Shown: positions 38,901 through 51,830, counted from the first letter of the whole stretch. The stretch: 63,954 nucleotides of DNA, filler included, from Chiloscyllium plagiosum (GCF_004010195.1; 5 parts of one record of this genome joined end to end with filler, not necessarily neighbours in it); one strand, 5' to 3'. The notes: a model not told the origin generated them from the letters alone. Translations and numbers: made by a program.

Positions 38901-41900
38901 AGGATTCCCTTGCATTGCTCCGGGATTCGGGCTTTCCTTCACTCTTGTCTGAGACTCTGTTGTCCTCTCGCTCTGCTCCGGGACTCGGAATTTCACTTGC
39001 ACTACTCCGGGATTTGTGTTTTCCCTCACACTTGTCCAAGACTCGCATTTCCCCTCGTTCTGCAGGACTCGGGTTTCCTCTCGTTCTGCACCGGATCTCG
39101 GTTATCCCACGCATTGCTCCGAGACTCGGATTTCCCTCGTTCTGCTCTGGGACTTGGGTTTCCCCTTGCTCTTCTCCGGGACTCGCGTTTCCCCTCGCTC
39201 TGCTCCGGGACTCCGGTTTCGCCTCGCTCTGCTCCGGGACTCAGGTTTCCCCTCGCTCTGCTCCGGGACTCGGCTTTCCCCTAGCTCTGCACCGGGACTC
39301 ATGTTTCCCCTTGCTCTGCATCGTGACTCGGCTTTCCCCGAGCTCTGCACCGGGACTCGGGTTTCCCCTCGCTCTGCACTGGGACTCGGTTTTCCCCTCG
39401 CTCTGCTCCAGGGTTTGGGTTTCCCCTCGCTCTGCTCCGGGACTCGGGTTTCCCCTCGCTCTGCTCCGGGACTCGGGTTTCCCCTCACTCTGCACCGGGA
39501 CTCGGATTTTCTCTCGCACTGCACCGGGACTCGGATTTCCACTCGTTCTGCTCCGGGTCTCGGTGTTCCCTCGCTCTGCACCGGGACTCGATTTCCCCTC
39601 GCTCTGCACCGGGACTCGGGTTTCCCCTCGCCCTGCTCCAGGCCTCGGAATTCCCCTTGCTCTGCACCGGGACTCGGATTTTCTCTCGCACTGCACAGGG
39701 TCTCGGTTTTCCCTCACATTGCTCCAAGACCCGGTTTTCCCTCGCTCTGCTCTGGGACACAGGATTCCCCTAACTCTGGACTAGGACTCAGGTTTCCCCT
39801 CGTTATGCTCCGAGACTCGGATTTCCCCTCACTCTGCTCCGGGACTCGGGTTGCCTCTCGTTCTGCTCTGCGACTCGGATTTCCTCTCGCTCAGCACTGG
39901 ATCTCGGTTATCCCACGCATTGCTCCGAGACCCGGGTTTCCCTCGTTCAGCTCTGGGTCTCGGGTTTCCCCTCACTCTGCTCTGGGACTCGGGTTTCCCC
40001 TCGCTCTGCTCCAGGTCTCGGGTTTCCCCTCACTCTGCACCGAGACTCGGATTTTCTCTCGCACTGCACAGGGACTCGTTTTTCCCCTCGTACTGCTCCG
40101 GGTCTCGTTGTTCCCTCGCTCTGCACCGGGATTCGGGTTTCCCTCACATTGCTCCAAGACCCGGGTTTCCCTCACTCTGCTCTGGGACACAGGATTCCCC
40201 TCACTCTGGACTAGGACTCAGGTTTCCCCTCGTTATGCTCCGAGACTCGGATTTCACCTTGTTTTGCACCGGGACTCGGGTTTCCCAATGCTCTGCTCCG
40301 GGACACGGGTTTCCCCTCGTTCTGCTCCGGGACTCGGGTTTCCCCTCGCTCTTCTCCGGGTCTCGGTGTTCCCTCGCTCTGCACCGGGACTCGGGTTTCC
40401 TCTCGTTCTGCTCTGCGACTCGGATTTCCTCTCGCTCTGCTCTGCGACTCGGATTTCCTCTCGCTCTGCACCGGATCTCGGTTATCCCACACATTGCTCT
40501 GAGACCCGGGTTTCCCTCGTTCAGCTCTGGGACTCGGATTTCCCCTCGTTCTGCTCCGGGACTCGGGTTTCCTCTCGTTCTGCTCTGCGACTCGGATTTC
40601 CTCTCGCTCTGCACCGGATCTCGGTTATCCCACGCATTGCTCCGAGACCCGGGTTTCCCTCGTTCAGCTCGGGGACTCATGCTTCCCCTCGCTCTGCTCC
40701 GGGTCTCGGGTTTCCCCTCGCTCTGTTCCACGACTCGGGTTTCCCCTCGCCCTGCTCCGGGATTCGGGTTTCCCCTCGCCCTGCTCCGAGACTCGGGTTT
40801 CCCCTCGCTCTGCTCCATGTCACGGATTTCCCCTCGCTCTGCACCGGGACACGGGTTTCCCCTCGCCCTGCTCCGAGACTCGGGTTTCCCCTCGCTCTGC
40901 TCCAGGTCACGGATTTCCCCTCGCTCTGATCCGGGACTCGGGTTTCCCCTCGCCCTGCTCCGGGACTCGGGTTTCCCCTCGCCCTGCTCCGAGACTCGGG
41001 TTTCCCCTCGCTCTGCTCCAGGTCACGGATTTCCCCTCGCTCTGCTCTGGGACTCGTGTTTCCCCTTGCCCTGCACTGCAATTCATTTTTCCATTCACTC
41101 TGCATTGGTACTGGGGTTTCCCTCACATTGCTCCAAGACCCGGGTTTCCCTCGCTCAGCTCTGGGACACAGGATTCCCCTCACTCTGGACTAGGACTCAG
41201 GTTTCCCCTCGTTATGCTCCGAGACTCGGATTTCACCTTGTTTTGCACTGGGACTCGGGATTCCCCTCACTCTGCTCCAGGATTTGATTTTCCCCTCGCT
41301 CTGCACCAGGACTCGGGTGTCCCCTCACTCTGCTCCTTGTCTTGGGTTTCCCCTCGCCCTGCACCGGGACTCGGGTTTTCCTTCGCTCTGCTCCGGGACT
41401 CGGGTTTCCCCTCGCTCTGCTCCGGGACTCGGGTTTCCCCTCACTCTGCTCCGGGTCTTGGGTTTCCCCTCGCCCTGCTCCGGAACTCGGGTTTCCACTC
41501 GCCCTGCTCCGGGACTCGGGTTTCCCCTCACTCTGCTCCGGGACTCGGGTTTCCCCTCGCCCTGCTCCGGGACTCGGGTTTCCCCTCGCTCTGCTCCAGG
41601 TCTCGGATTTCCGCTCGCTCTGCACCGGGACTCGGGTTTCCCCTCGCTCTGTTCCACGACTCGGGTTTCCCCTCGCCCTGCTCCGGGACTCGGGTTTCCC
41701 CTCGCTCTGCTCCGGGACTCGGGTTTCCCCTTGCCCTGCACTGCAATTCATTTTTCCATTCACTCTGCATTGGTACTGGGGTTTCCCCTCACTCTGAGCT
41801 GGAACTGGGGATTCCCCATGCTCTTCTCCGGGACTCGGGTTTCCCCTCGCTCTGCACCGGATCTCGGTTATCCCACGCATTGCTCCGAGACCCGGGATTC

Positions 41901-44136
41901 CCTCGTTCAGCTCTGGGACTCGGGTTGCCCCTCGTTCTGCTCCGGTTCTCGGGTTTCCCTCGCTCTGTTCCACGACTCGGGTTTCCCCTCGCTCTGCTCC
42001 AGGTCTCGGGTTTCCCCTCGCTCTGCTCTGGGACTCGGGTTTCCCCTCGCTCTGCTCTGGGACTCGCGTTTCCCCTTGCCCTGCACTGCAATTCATTTTT
42101 CCATTCACTCTGCATTGGTACTGGGGTTTCCCCTCACTCTGATCTGGAACTGGGGATTCCCCATGCTCTTCTCCGGGAGTTGGGTTAACCCTCACCCTGC
42201 TCCGGGACTCGGGTTTCCCTTTGCTCTGCACCGGGACTCAGGTTTCCCCTCGCTCAGCTCCGGGACTCGGGTTTCCTCTCGTTCTGCTCTGTGACTCGGA
42301 TTTCCTCTCGCTCTGCACCGGATCTCGGTTATCCCACGCATTGCTCCGAGACCCGGGTTTCCCTCGTTCAGCTCTGGGACTCGGGTTGCCCCTCGTTCTG
42401 CTCCGGTTCTCGGGTTTCCCCTCGCTCTGTTCCACGACTCGGGTTTCCCCTCGCTCTGCTCCAGGTCTCGGGTTTCCCCTCGCCCTGCTCCGGGACTCGG
42501 ATTTCCCCTCGCTCTGCTCCGGGACTCGGCTTTCCCCTCGCTCTGCACCGGGACTCGGGTTTCCGCTCACTCTGCACCGGGACTCGGGTTTCCCCTCGCT
42601 CTGTTCCGGGACTCGGGTTTCCCCTCGCTCTGCACCGGGACTCGGGTTTCCCCTCACTCTGCTCCAGGATTTGGGTTACCCCTCGCTCTGCACCAGGACT
42701 CGGGTTTCCCCTCGCTCTGCTCCGTGTCTCAGGTTTCCCCTCGCCCTGCACCGGGACTCGGGTCTCCCCTCGCTCTGCACCGGGACTCGGGTTTCCCCTC
42801 ACTCTGCTCCAGGATTTGGGTTTCCCCTCGCTCGGCACCAGGACTCGGGTTTCCCCTCGCTCTGCACCGGGACTAGGTTTTCCCTCACATTGCTCCAAGA
42901 CCCGGGTTTCCCTCGCTCAGCTCTGGGACACAGGATTCCCCTCACTCTGGACTAGGACTCTGGTTTCCCCTCGATATGCTCCGAGACTCGGATTTCACCT
43001 TGTTTTGCACCGGGACTCGGGATTTCCCTCACTCTGCTCCAGGATTTGGGTTTCCCCTCGCTCTGCTCCGGGCATCGGCATTCCCCTCACTCTTCCCCGG
43101 AATTCAGGATTCCCTTTGCACTGCTCCGGGATTTGGGATTCCACTTGAACTACTCCGGCTTTCGAGTTTCCCCTCGCTCTGCTCCGGGATTCGGAATTCC
43201 CCTTGCTCTACTCCGGATTTTGGGTTACCACTCGCTATACTCCGGTACTCAGGATTTTCTTGCATTGCTCCGGGATGCGGGCTTTCCTTCACTCTTGTCT
43301 TCTCGCTCTGCTCCAGGACTCTGAATTCCACTTGCACTACGCCGGGATTTGTGTTTTCCCTCACACTTGTCCAAGATTCGCATTTCCCCTCGTTCTGCAG
43401 GACTTGGGTTTCCTCTCGTTCTGCTCCGGGACTCGGGTTTCCCCTCGCTCTGCTCCGGGACTCGGGTTTCCCCTCACTCTGCACCGGGACTCGGGTATCC
43501 CCTCGCCCTGCTCCGGGACTCGGGTTTCCCCTCGCTCTGCTCCGGGACTTGGGTTTCCTCTTGCTCTGCTCTGCGACTCGGATTTCCTCTTGCTCCGCAC
43601 CGGATCTCGGTTATCCCACGCATTGCTCCGAGACCCGGGTTTCCCTCGTTCAGCTCTGGGACTCATGCTTCATCTCGCCCTGCTCCGGGACTCGGGTTTC
43701 CCCTTGCTCTGCACCAGGACTCGGCTTTCCCCTCGCTCTGCACCAGGACTCGGGTTTCCCCTCGCTCTGCTTCGGGACTCGGGTTTCCACTCGATCTGCA
43801 CCAGGACTCGGGTTTCACCCCACCCTGCTCCGGGACTCGGGTTTCCCCTCACTCTGCACCGGGACTCGGGTCTCCCCTCGCTCTACACCGGGACTCGGGT
43901 TTCCCCTCGCTCTGCACCGGGACTCGGGTCTCCCCTCGCTCTACACCGGGACTCGGGTTTCCCCTCGCTCTGCTCCAGGCCTCCGAACTCCCCTCACTCT
44001 GCACCAGGACTCGGATTTTCTCTCGCTCTGCACCGGGTCTCGGTTTTCCCTCACATTGCTCCAAGACCCGGGTTTCCCTCGCTCAGCTTTGGGACACAGG
44101 ATTCCCCTCACTCTGGACCAGGACTCAGGTTTCCCC
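35911..44136. repeat. GC-rich 29-bp satellite/minisatellite array, GGGACTCGGGTTTCCCCTCGCTCTGC(A/T)CC
   Basis: About 17 perfect units at 35911-36410, then diverged variants in recurring blocks. Bounded by gaps on both sides. Confidence 0.97.
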
Positions 44137-44236
44137 NNNNNNNNNNNNNNNNNNNNNNNNNNNNNNNNNNNNNNNNNNNNTTAATTAATTAANNNNNNNN
44201 NNNNNNNNNNNNNNNNNNNNNNNNNNNNNNNNNNNN

Positions 44237-46325
44237 GAAATGTCGGTGGATGATTTGGTTTATGCGAAGGTTGGTAGGATGGAAGGTGAGCACCAGGAAC
44301 GTTTTGTCCTTGTTGCGGTTGGAGGGGTTGAGTCTGAGGGCGGAATTGCGGGATGTGGATGAGATGCGTTGGAGGGCATCTTTAACCACGTGGGAAGGGA
44401 AATTGCGGTCTCTAAAGAAGGAGGCCATCTGGTGTGTTCTATGGTGGAACTGCTCCTCCTGGGAGCAGATACGGCGGAGGCGGAGGAATTGGGAATACGG
44501 GATGGCATGGTAGTCTGGCGCATTGACCTCTACATCGCTGAAGCCAAACGTCAACTCGAGGACACCTCTTCCTACTGCCCCCTCGACCATGACCCCACTC
44601 CCCATCACTAAACCATCATCTCCCAGACCATACAGAACCTCATCACCTCCGGAGATCTCCCACCCACAGCTTCCAACCTCATAGTCCGGGAACCCTGCAC
44701 TGCCCGGTTCTACCTCCTTCCCAAGATCCACAAGCCTGACCACCCTGGCCGACTCATTGTCTCAGCATGCTCCTGCCCCACTGAACTCATTTCTACCTAC
44801 CTCGACACTGTCCTATTCCCCCTAGTCCAGGAACTCCCCACATACGTTCGAGACACCACCCATGCCCTCCACCTCCTCCAAGACTTCCGTTTCCCCGGCC
44901 CCCAACACCTCATCTTCACCATGGATATCTAATCCCTCTACACCTCCATCCACCAAGTCCTCCATTTCTTCCTCTCCTGATGTTCCCAACAGTACCCTTC
45001 CACCGACACTCATTCGTTTGGCTGAACTGGTCCTCACCCTTAACAATTTCTCCTTTGAATCATCCCACTTCCTCCAGACTAAAGGGGTAGCCATGGGAAC
45101 ACGTATGGGCCCCAGCTATGCCTGTCTCTTTGTTGGCTACATAGAACAGTCCATCTTCCGTCGTTACACTTGCACCACTCCCCACCTCTTGCTCCGCTAC
45201 ATTGATGACTGCATTGGCGTCACCTCGTGCTCCCGCGAGGAGGTTGATCAATTCATCAACTTCATCAACACATTCCACTCTGTCCTTAAATTTACCTGGA
45301 CCATCTCTGACACCTCACTCCCCTTTCTGGACCTCTCCATCTCCATTAATGACGACCGACTTGACACCAACATTTTTTACAAACTCACCAACTCCCACAG
45401 CTACCTGGATTACACCTCTTCCCACCCTACCACTTGCAAAAATGCCATCCCGTATTCCCAATTCCTCCACTCCGCTTTATCTGCTCCCAGGAGGACCAGT
45501 TCCACCACAGAACACAAAAGATGGCCTCCATCTTTTCCCTTCCCACGTGGTTAAAGATGCCCTCCAACGCATCTCATCCACATCCCGCACCTCCGCCCTC
45601 AGACCCCACCCCTCCAACCTTCTGTAACAAGGACAGAACCCCCCTGGTCTCGCCTTCCACCCTACCAACCTTCGCATAAACCAAATCACCTGACGAAATT
45701 ACCACCACCTCCAAACGGACCCCACCACCAAGGATATATTTCCCTCCCCACCCTTTTCCACTTTCCGCAAAGACCATTCCCTCTGTGACTACCTGGTCAG
45801 GTCCACGTCCCCCTACAACCCACCCTCCCATCCTGGCACCTTCCCCTGCCACCGCAGGAATTTAAAACCTGCACCCACACCTCCTCCCTCACCTCCATCC
45901 AAAGCCCAAAAGGAGCCTTCCACATCCATCAAAGTTTTACCTGCACATCCACCAATATCATTTATTGTATCCGTTGCTCCCAATGCGGTCTCCTCTACAT
46001 TGGGGAGACTGGANNNNNNNNNNNNNNNNNNNNNNNNNNNNNNNNNNNNNNNNNNNNNNNNNNNNNNNNNNNNNNNNNNNNNTTCCTTTCCACCTATCCA
46101 TTCCACCCTCCTCCCTGACCTGTCACCTCCATCCCCACTCCCATTCACCTATTGTATTCTATGCTACTTTCTCCCCACCCCCGCCCTCCTCTCATTTATC
46201 TCTCCACCCTTCAGGCACTCTGCCTCCATTCCTGATGAAGAGCTTTTGCCCAAAACGTCGATTTTCCTGCTCCTCGGATGCTGCCTGAACTGCTGTGCTT
46301 TTCCGGCACCACTCTAACCTAGAAT
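44237..46325 (+). mobile_element. Penelope-like element (RT, GIY-YIG start, 3' terminus) with inverted 5' segment 44237-44508
   Basis: FYLLPKIHK, FTMDI, QTKGVAMGTRMGPSYACLFVG, RYIDDCIG, LPFLDL and FTCTSTNIIYCIRCSQCGLLYIGETG motifs. Terminus CTGATGAAGAGCTTTTGCCCAAAACGTC. Confidence 0.92.
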
Positions 46326-46830
46326 CTGTCTCTCCAACCGATCCATTCGATCTGATAAGATTCGCAGCCAGCAGCATTTATGGCAGATATAATCCACGGT
46401 AACCCTTGAACTCTCTTTAAACTCCCACATCTGACAAGATGTATATATCACTCTATTAAAGGCCATTTTTGCTCCTTCATAATCTACAGACCCAGAAATT
46501 AACACCGTCTTATTCCTCTACAAACACTGCCCTCGGTTAAATTAATAGTTATGGCTTATATTTTAAGTTTAATCAAGAGATATACCTCCAAAAACATAAT
46601 CACGAGAAAACCCACTCTACTTACTGCTGCAGATTCTCTGTAGGCCACACTTAAAACAACGATTAACTTATCTGCTTCTGTGCTGTGACCTTCACCCAAA
46701 CAGGTTCCTCCATGATCAGTTGTGAATTTCACTGTTTGTTAATTTTCCCAGATGCACTTCGATGTCCAACAATATATGAATTCAAACAGCAAAGGCAGTA
46801 ACCGTGCAGGTTCTCTCTCTCTCTCCTGCA
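46326..46830 (-). mobile_element. CR1/HER1 5' UTR and ORF1 N-terminal zinc-finger fragment
   Basis: MAFNRVIYTSCQMWEF...YICHKCCWLRILSDRMDRLERQ. Confidence 0.7.
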
Positions 46831-46924
46831 ATGTGTGATTGTTTCACCAAACAAAGATCCAGGTGCAGAAAAGCTCTAAAGAAGTAGAGTTTTTTACAAT
46901 GTTCCTTGAGGGGTCAGAGTGTAC

Positions 46925-47185
46925 AATAGCTCCTCACTACCCTATCCCAGTAACCCCGTATTTCCCATGGCTGACCCACTTCGCTTGCACATCCCTGGAC
47001 ACTGTGGGCAATCCACCCAAACTGCACACCTTTGTATTGTGGAGGAAACCTGAGCACTTGGAGGAAACGCATGCATACACAGGGAGAATGTGCAAATTCC
47101 ACACAGACAGTCGCCCAAGGATGGAATCAAATATGGCTCCTTGGTGCTGTGCAGCAGCTACCTTCTAAGCCACAGTACCACCATG
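46925..47185 (-). mobile_element. Older HE1-related SINE
   Basis: GGGAGAATGTGCAAATTCCACACAGACAGTCGCC body. Confidence 0.75.
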
Positions 47186-47189
47186 TGAA

Positions 47190-48070
47190 GAAGATTACCT
47201 CAGCATACAATGGGACCTTGATCAGGTGGGCCAATGGGCTGAAGAGTGGCAGATGGAGTTTAATTTAGATAAACGTGAGGTGTTGCATTCTGTAAAGGCA
47301 AATAAGGGCAGGACTACTTACTGGTCGGGTCCTGGGGAGTGTTGCCAAACAAAGAGATTTTGAGGTGCAGATTCATGGTTCCATGAAGATGGGCTCACAG
47401 GTAGACGGGGTAATGAGGGTAGTGAAGAAGGCACTCAGTACACTTACCCTTATCAGTCAGTGCATTGAGTAGAGGAGCTGGGAGGTCATGTTTAGACTGT
47501 CCAGGACATTGGTTCAGCCATTTTTGGAATATTGCATTCAGTTCTGGTCTCCCTGCTATAGGAAAGAAATCGTAAACTTGAAAGGGTGCAGTAAAGATTT
47601 ACAAGGATGTTGCCAGGGTTGGAGGGTTTGAGCTATAGGGAAAGACTGAATAGGCTGGGGCTGTTTTACCTGGAGCATCAGCAATTGAGGATTGACCTTA
47701 CAGAGTTTTTCAAAATCACATGGAGAAAGGATAAGGTGAATAGCCAAGACCTTTTCCCAGGAATGGGGACTCCAAAACTGGAGGGCATAGGTTTAAGGTG
47801 AAAGGAAAAAGATTTAAAAGGGACCTAAGGGGAAATGTTTTCATGCAGAGGGTGGTGTGTGTATGGAATGTGCAACCAGGGGAAGTGGTGGAGTCTGGTA
47901 CAGTTACAACATTTAAAAGGCTCCTGGATAAGTACGTAAATAGGAAGAGCTTAGAAGGAAATGTGCCAAATGCTGGCAAATGGGACTAGGTTGTTTTGGG
48001 ATGTCTGGTCACTGTGGACAAGTTGAACCGAAGGGTCTGTTTCTGTGCTGCACAACTCTATGACTCTATA
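47190..48070 (+). mobile_element. HER1/CR1 LINE 3' fragment
   Basis: LPGLEGLSYRERLNRLGLF motif; CTATGACT tail. Confidence 0.88.
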
Positions 48071-48210
48071 GACATAGTTGCCGGAATTTTGTGTAGAAAT
48101 AGTGGTCTCACCGCCAACTGAAAAATCAGAAATGCCTCTTCCTCCACTTTTCTAGGTCACTCTTCAGCTGTTAATGTGCCATCAATTGTTTCAATAGAGG
48201 CTGCCACACG

Positions 48211-49302
48211 GTCTGTCTCTGTACATAGCCACTTATAGAAAATATATAATATTAAATTGTAGAGGATTTTGTATGCAGATATCTTCATCCTCCATTTCTT
48301 CTTGCGGACCTAAGTCTCAATGAGACCAGTTCCATGACAGTTAATGCAATCTCTTCCTTGGAATTTAACATGCGAGGCAATCCTCCCGACCTCCTCCAGG
48401 TCAGTTTCACTCTCTTCTATTATGCTCCTTGCAAGAAAAGGGCAGTGTATCAGCGAGTGTCTTGCAATCCTTTTGAGTGATGTCACTGAATCACTGCCAG
48501 TGTTCATGAGTTGTAGAAAGTGAGAGGTTAAAGTAAACCATATGGATGATCGAGTTGAACACTAATTGATGGAGCTTGCTGATCAGTAGTTTATGTGGCT
48601 TTTATGGATTGAGCAATGGGTGAGATTACTGATCCAGTTGGTGAGATACTCCATTTGAAAATCTTTTCAACTTGTGCCAAAAGTTAAATTTTACCCTGCA
48701 TTGTATCCACCTTTCAGAAGCTACACTCCCAGCTTTCACATAATCGATTACATTTTCTAGAGTGTCGTGAGCATATAGCTCAAGGGTTTCCTGCTTTTCC
48801 TTTTGTAAGTTGACTTTACTGCTCTTCACATCTTGCAATTAACTCCTCCAGTTCATTCTTGGAAAGCACTGTTGCATATCCTCTTGCATATTTAACCAAT
48901 CTTCATTGATGATGTTCACAAAGTACTCTTATTGGTTTATTCAGATGCAATGTACCTCCCTTTTACGAGATACAAGCTACCTTTAAATTGCAAACTGTGG
49001 ATGCATCTAGTCAGTTAACAGCACAAGGTGCACATTTATCATGAGAAGTAGCAGGCAGCATTCATTTAATGTGCAACCTACAATGTAATGAATATGTGGG
49101 TGTTAATCAGATACTTTGATCCTATGCTTAATTTCAACGATTGTCCCATTAAATCTCCAATAAAGCTGGTTCATATCATGAAAATAATCGCACTGCTATG
49201 ATAGATTGAAAAAGGTCACTTAAAACATAATAACATCACACATCTCGCTGTCTGTCTCTGTAAATAACCACTTATACAAAATGTATAATTTTAAATTGTA
49301 GA
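48211..49302 (+). repeat. 53-bp direct repeat pair (48211-48263 and 49250-49302)
   Basis: 48/53 identical by eye, 1039 bp apart. Confidence 0.85.
48330..48880 (-). pseudogene. Fossil Harbinger-type Myb/SANT-like DNA-binding gene, apparently two exons
   Basis: First part: SKNELEELIARCEE...VKAGSVASERWIQCRVKFN. After a pyrimidine tract and AG comes EHNRRE*N*PGGG, matching the AHNRRERxRTGGG pattern with CGA>TGA decay. Confidence 0.6.
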
Positions 49303-50014
49303 AAATGCATGAAAAGAGAAAGTGGGGACATACAACACCTGAATTAAAAATACATTTTTATCACCGGTAATTGCTCTCTACATCCAATCTGAATAGACTG
49401 CAAAGATTGGAAGGAGGTCTTCACCAAATGATATCAATAAAAATGAAAATTGGGTCCAGTGTAAAATTCACAATCAATCTATCTTGCTTTGCTAATTTAG
49501 ACCAATTTCACCTCCAGTCTTTTTAAGCTTCTTTTAAGATCCTTCACAGTTAGGACATAAGTAAGCTTTTGATTCTGCCTTTAAAAACAAGGCATACCTT
49601 ATGATTTTTCAAGCGTGCATGAATGCTTTTTAAAAGTGCAGTTAAATATGAAACAGAGTGTGAGAGGCAGGAGGAGTATACAGCAATAAAAGTACGTCAA
49701 GCACTTATTTTAAAGCATTTCATTTTGTCAGGCTGTTTTCCCATCTGGCATTATCTACTCATTCAACCTCTGCTCTTTTTCATATTCGTTCTCAGGATGT
49801 GGGCGTCACTGAAGGCCACCAATTATTGTTGATCCCTGAGGGTTAACCACCTTCTTGAACTACTGCAATCCATGTGGTGATACTCCCACAGAGCCATTTA
49901 AATAAGGAGTTTGAAGATTTTAATGCAAAATTTTGCTCCTTATCATTTTAAAGCTAACTTGTCTGATCTCCATGATTAAGAGGCAGATGCACAACTGCAC
50001 GTAAGTCATAGCAG

Positions 50015-50331
50015 AAATCATAGAATCCCAAAATGCAGAAACAGGCCATTTGGCCCATTGAGTCTGCACCAACCCTCAAAGAGCATCCCACCCAAACCCA
50101 GCCCCCTCATTTTCCCATCACTAATGCACCTAGCCTGTACATCCCTGGACACTACAGGGCAATTTAGTAGGGCCAATCGACCTAATGTAAACATTTTTGG
50201 ACTGTGAAAAGAAACCAGAACACCCAGCAGAAACCCACATAGAGAATGCATAGATTCCACAGTCACCCAAGTTTGGAATCAAACTCAGGTCCCTGCGCTG
50301 TGAGGCAATAGTGCTAACCACTGAGCCACTC
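50015..50331 (-). mobile_element. Older HE1-related SINE
   Basis: GTGGCTCAGTGGTTAGCACT head on the minus strand; HER1-like tail. Confidence 0.8.
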
Positions 50332-51449
50332 CGCAGTAGTGAAAGTGACTGGAGCCTTGATGTCGCAACGTCTGATTTTCAAATGGGCTGCGGGCTGGAG
50401 CCCAGCCCTTGCAGAACATTCTTCCACTGAGGCTCAGTAGTCACTCACCAGCAGAGGTTGCTGACTTGGGAAGACACTGGGCCAGCCAATCATTTGGTAA
50501 GGGAGAGATCCTTTGGCCAGAAGAGGAGGTCCAAATTAGAGTGTGGGATGAAGATAAAGGGGCCATAGTCTGAATCCTGAGTACAGAGAAGGACTGGGAG
50601 GAAGACCCTTGTGGGGAGGGAGACAGAGAGAGAGACAGAGAGACAGAGTGAGAGAGAGTGAATGAGTTAGAGAGAGAAAAAGAGAGAGCTGAACAGCCAG
50701 GAAATGGAGCAGGATTCCAGACTGTGAGCCACATTGTTGAGGAGCCAGGCTTATAGATTCTGCGAGTTGAGACCTCCTACAGGACAAGAGAACTAAGAGG
50801 TTACAGTGTGGTGGACAACCAACAACAGGAAACCCAGGTCAACTGTCTTGAGAACACCATTGGTTCAAGAGGGCACAAGGATGAGACCTTTGTGTTAGAT
50901 AGCCAAGGAAAGATCAAGGTCACATGATCATGGAAAGCGAGCAATGTGACCTTCATTGACTACACTGATACCTAGCTGATTATTGACTGGGGTTAAACCT
51001 TTGGCAGTGCCCTATTAGAGTGAGTGCATCAGCTTTCAATATTTCTTGTATATAGTTTTTTCTTCTACAATCTTCCATTGGTGTTTGTAAAGATTCATTG
51101 CTACTACATTGAAGAATTAGTGTCTTATAATCTTTGTACAATGCGTGTATTTAAATTGCTTATTATATTTTAACAGAGAACTGGGTCAGAAGGTTTCCAG
51201 TTAACAAAATTACTTTTCCTACCTTATCAGGATTGCTCTTTGGTGCACTCATCAGCAACATGGATTTCCATTTCTATTCAAATAGAATGTCATAATATCC
51301 TACTTTGAAATAAGAATGAGAAATGTACAAGTAATCAATAGCCTGAGAAAAGAAAAATCAGTTAAAATTCCAGACAGAATTCTCCATCAAAGGCTGTATT
51401 GTAGACATTGATTGATTGATGAACATTTTTTTTGTTTTTAATGGAATGT

Positions 51450-51830
51450 GTGATAACCTAATTGAAATGTACAAACTTCTTACAGGCAAGAAATGATGGA
51501 TGTGGTTAAGATGATGTGGTTAAGATGGATGTGATTAACCAGAGACTTCCGCTCAGGATAAGGAATTGGTCATTGAAGTTTGAGATGAGAAATGTCTTCA
51601 CTCAGAGGATGGTAAATCTTTGGAAATCTGTACCACAGAGAACTGTAGAAGCTCTATTGTTGAACGTGTCCAAGTCAGAAATGGATGGATTTCTGGGAAT
51701 TAATGAGGTCAAGAAATAGGGAGATGATACACGAAAGTGGCATTGATGGAGAGGATTAGCCATGATCTGATTGAATCACAGAGCAGGCACACTTGCTACA
51801 TTGCCTACTCCTGCTCCAATGTTCCTATTG
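51450..51830 (+). mobile_element. Old CR1 3' fragment
   Basis: EMRNVFTQRMVNLWKSVPQRTVEA motif. Confidence 0.7.

Noticed and set aside
36560..44110. Many NF-kB-like GGGATTCCCC / GGGTTTCCCC motifs
   Set aside because: A by-product of the satellite monomer, with no independent evidence of function.
35855..44192. Dozens of long ORFs (up to 637 aa) on both strands
   Set aside because: The 29-bp unit has no stop codon on either strand and its length is not a multiple of 3. All frames therefore stay open and give permuted repeats; these are not genes.
50340..51130. GA-rich segment that might be a solo LTR (similar impression at ~34330-34760)
   Set aside because: No clear TG...CA ends, TSD or second copy to support a call.
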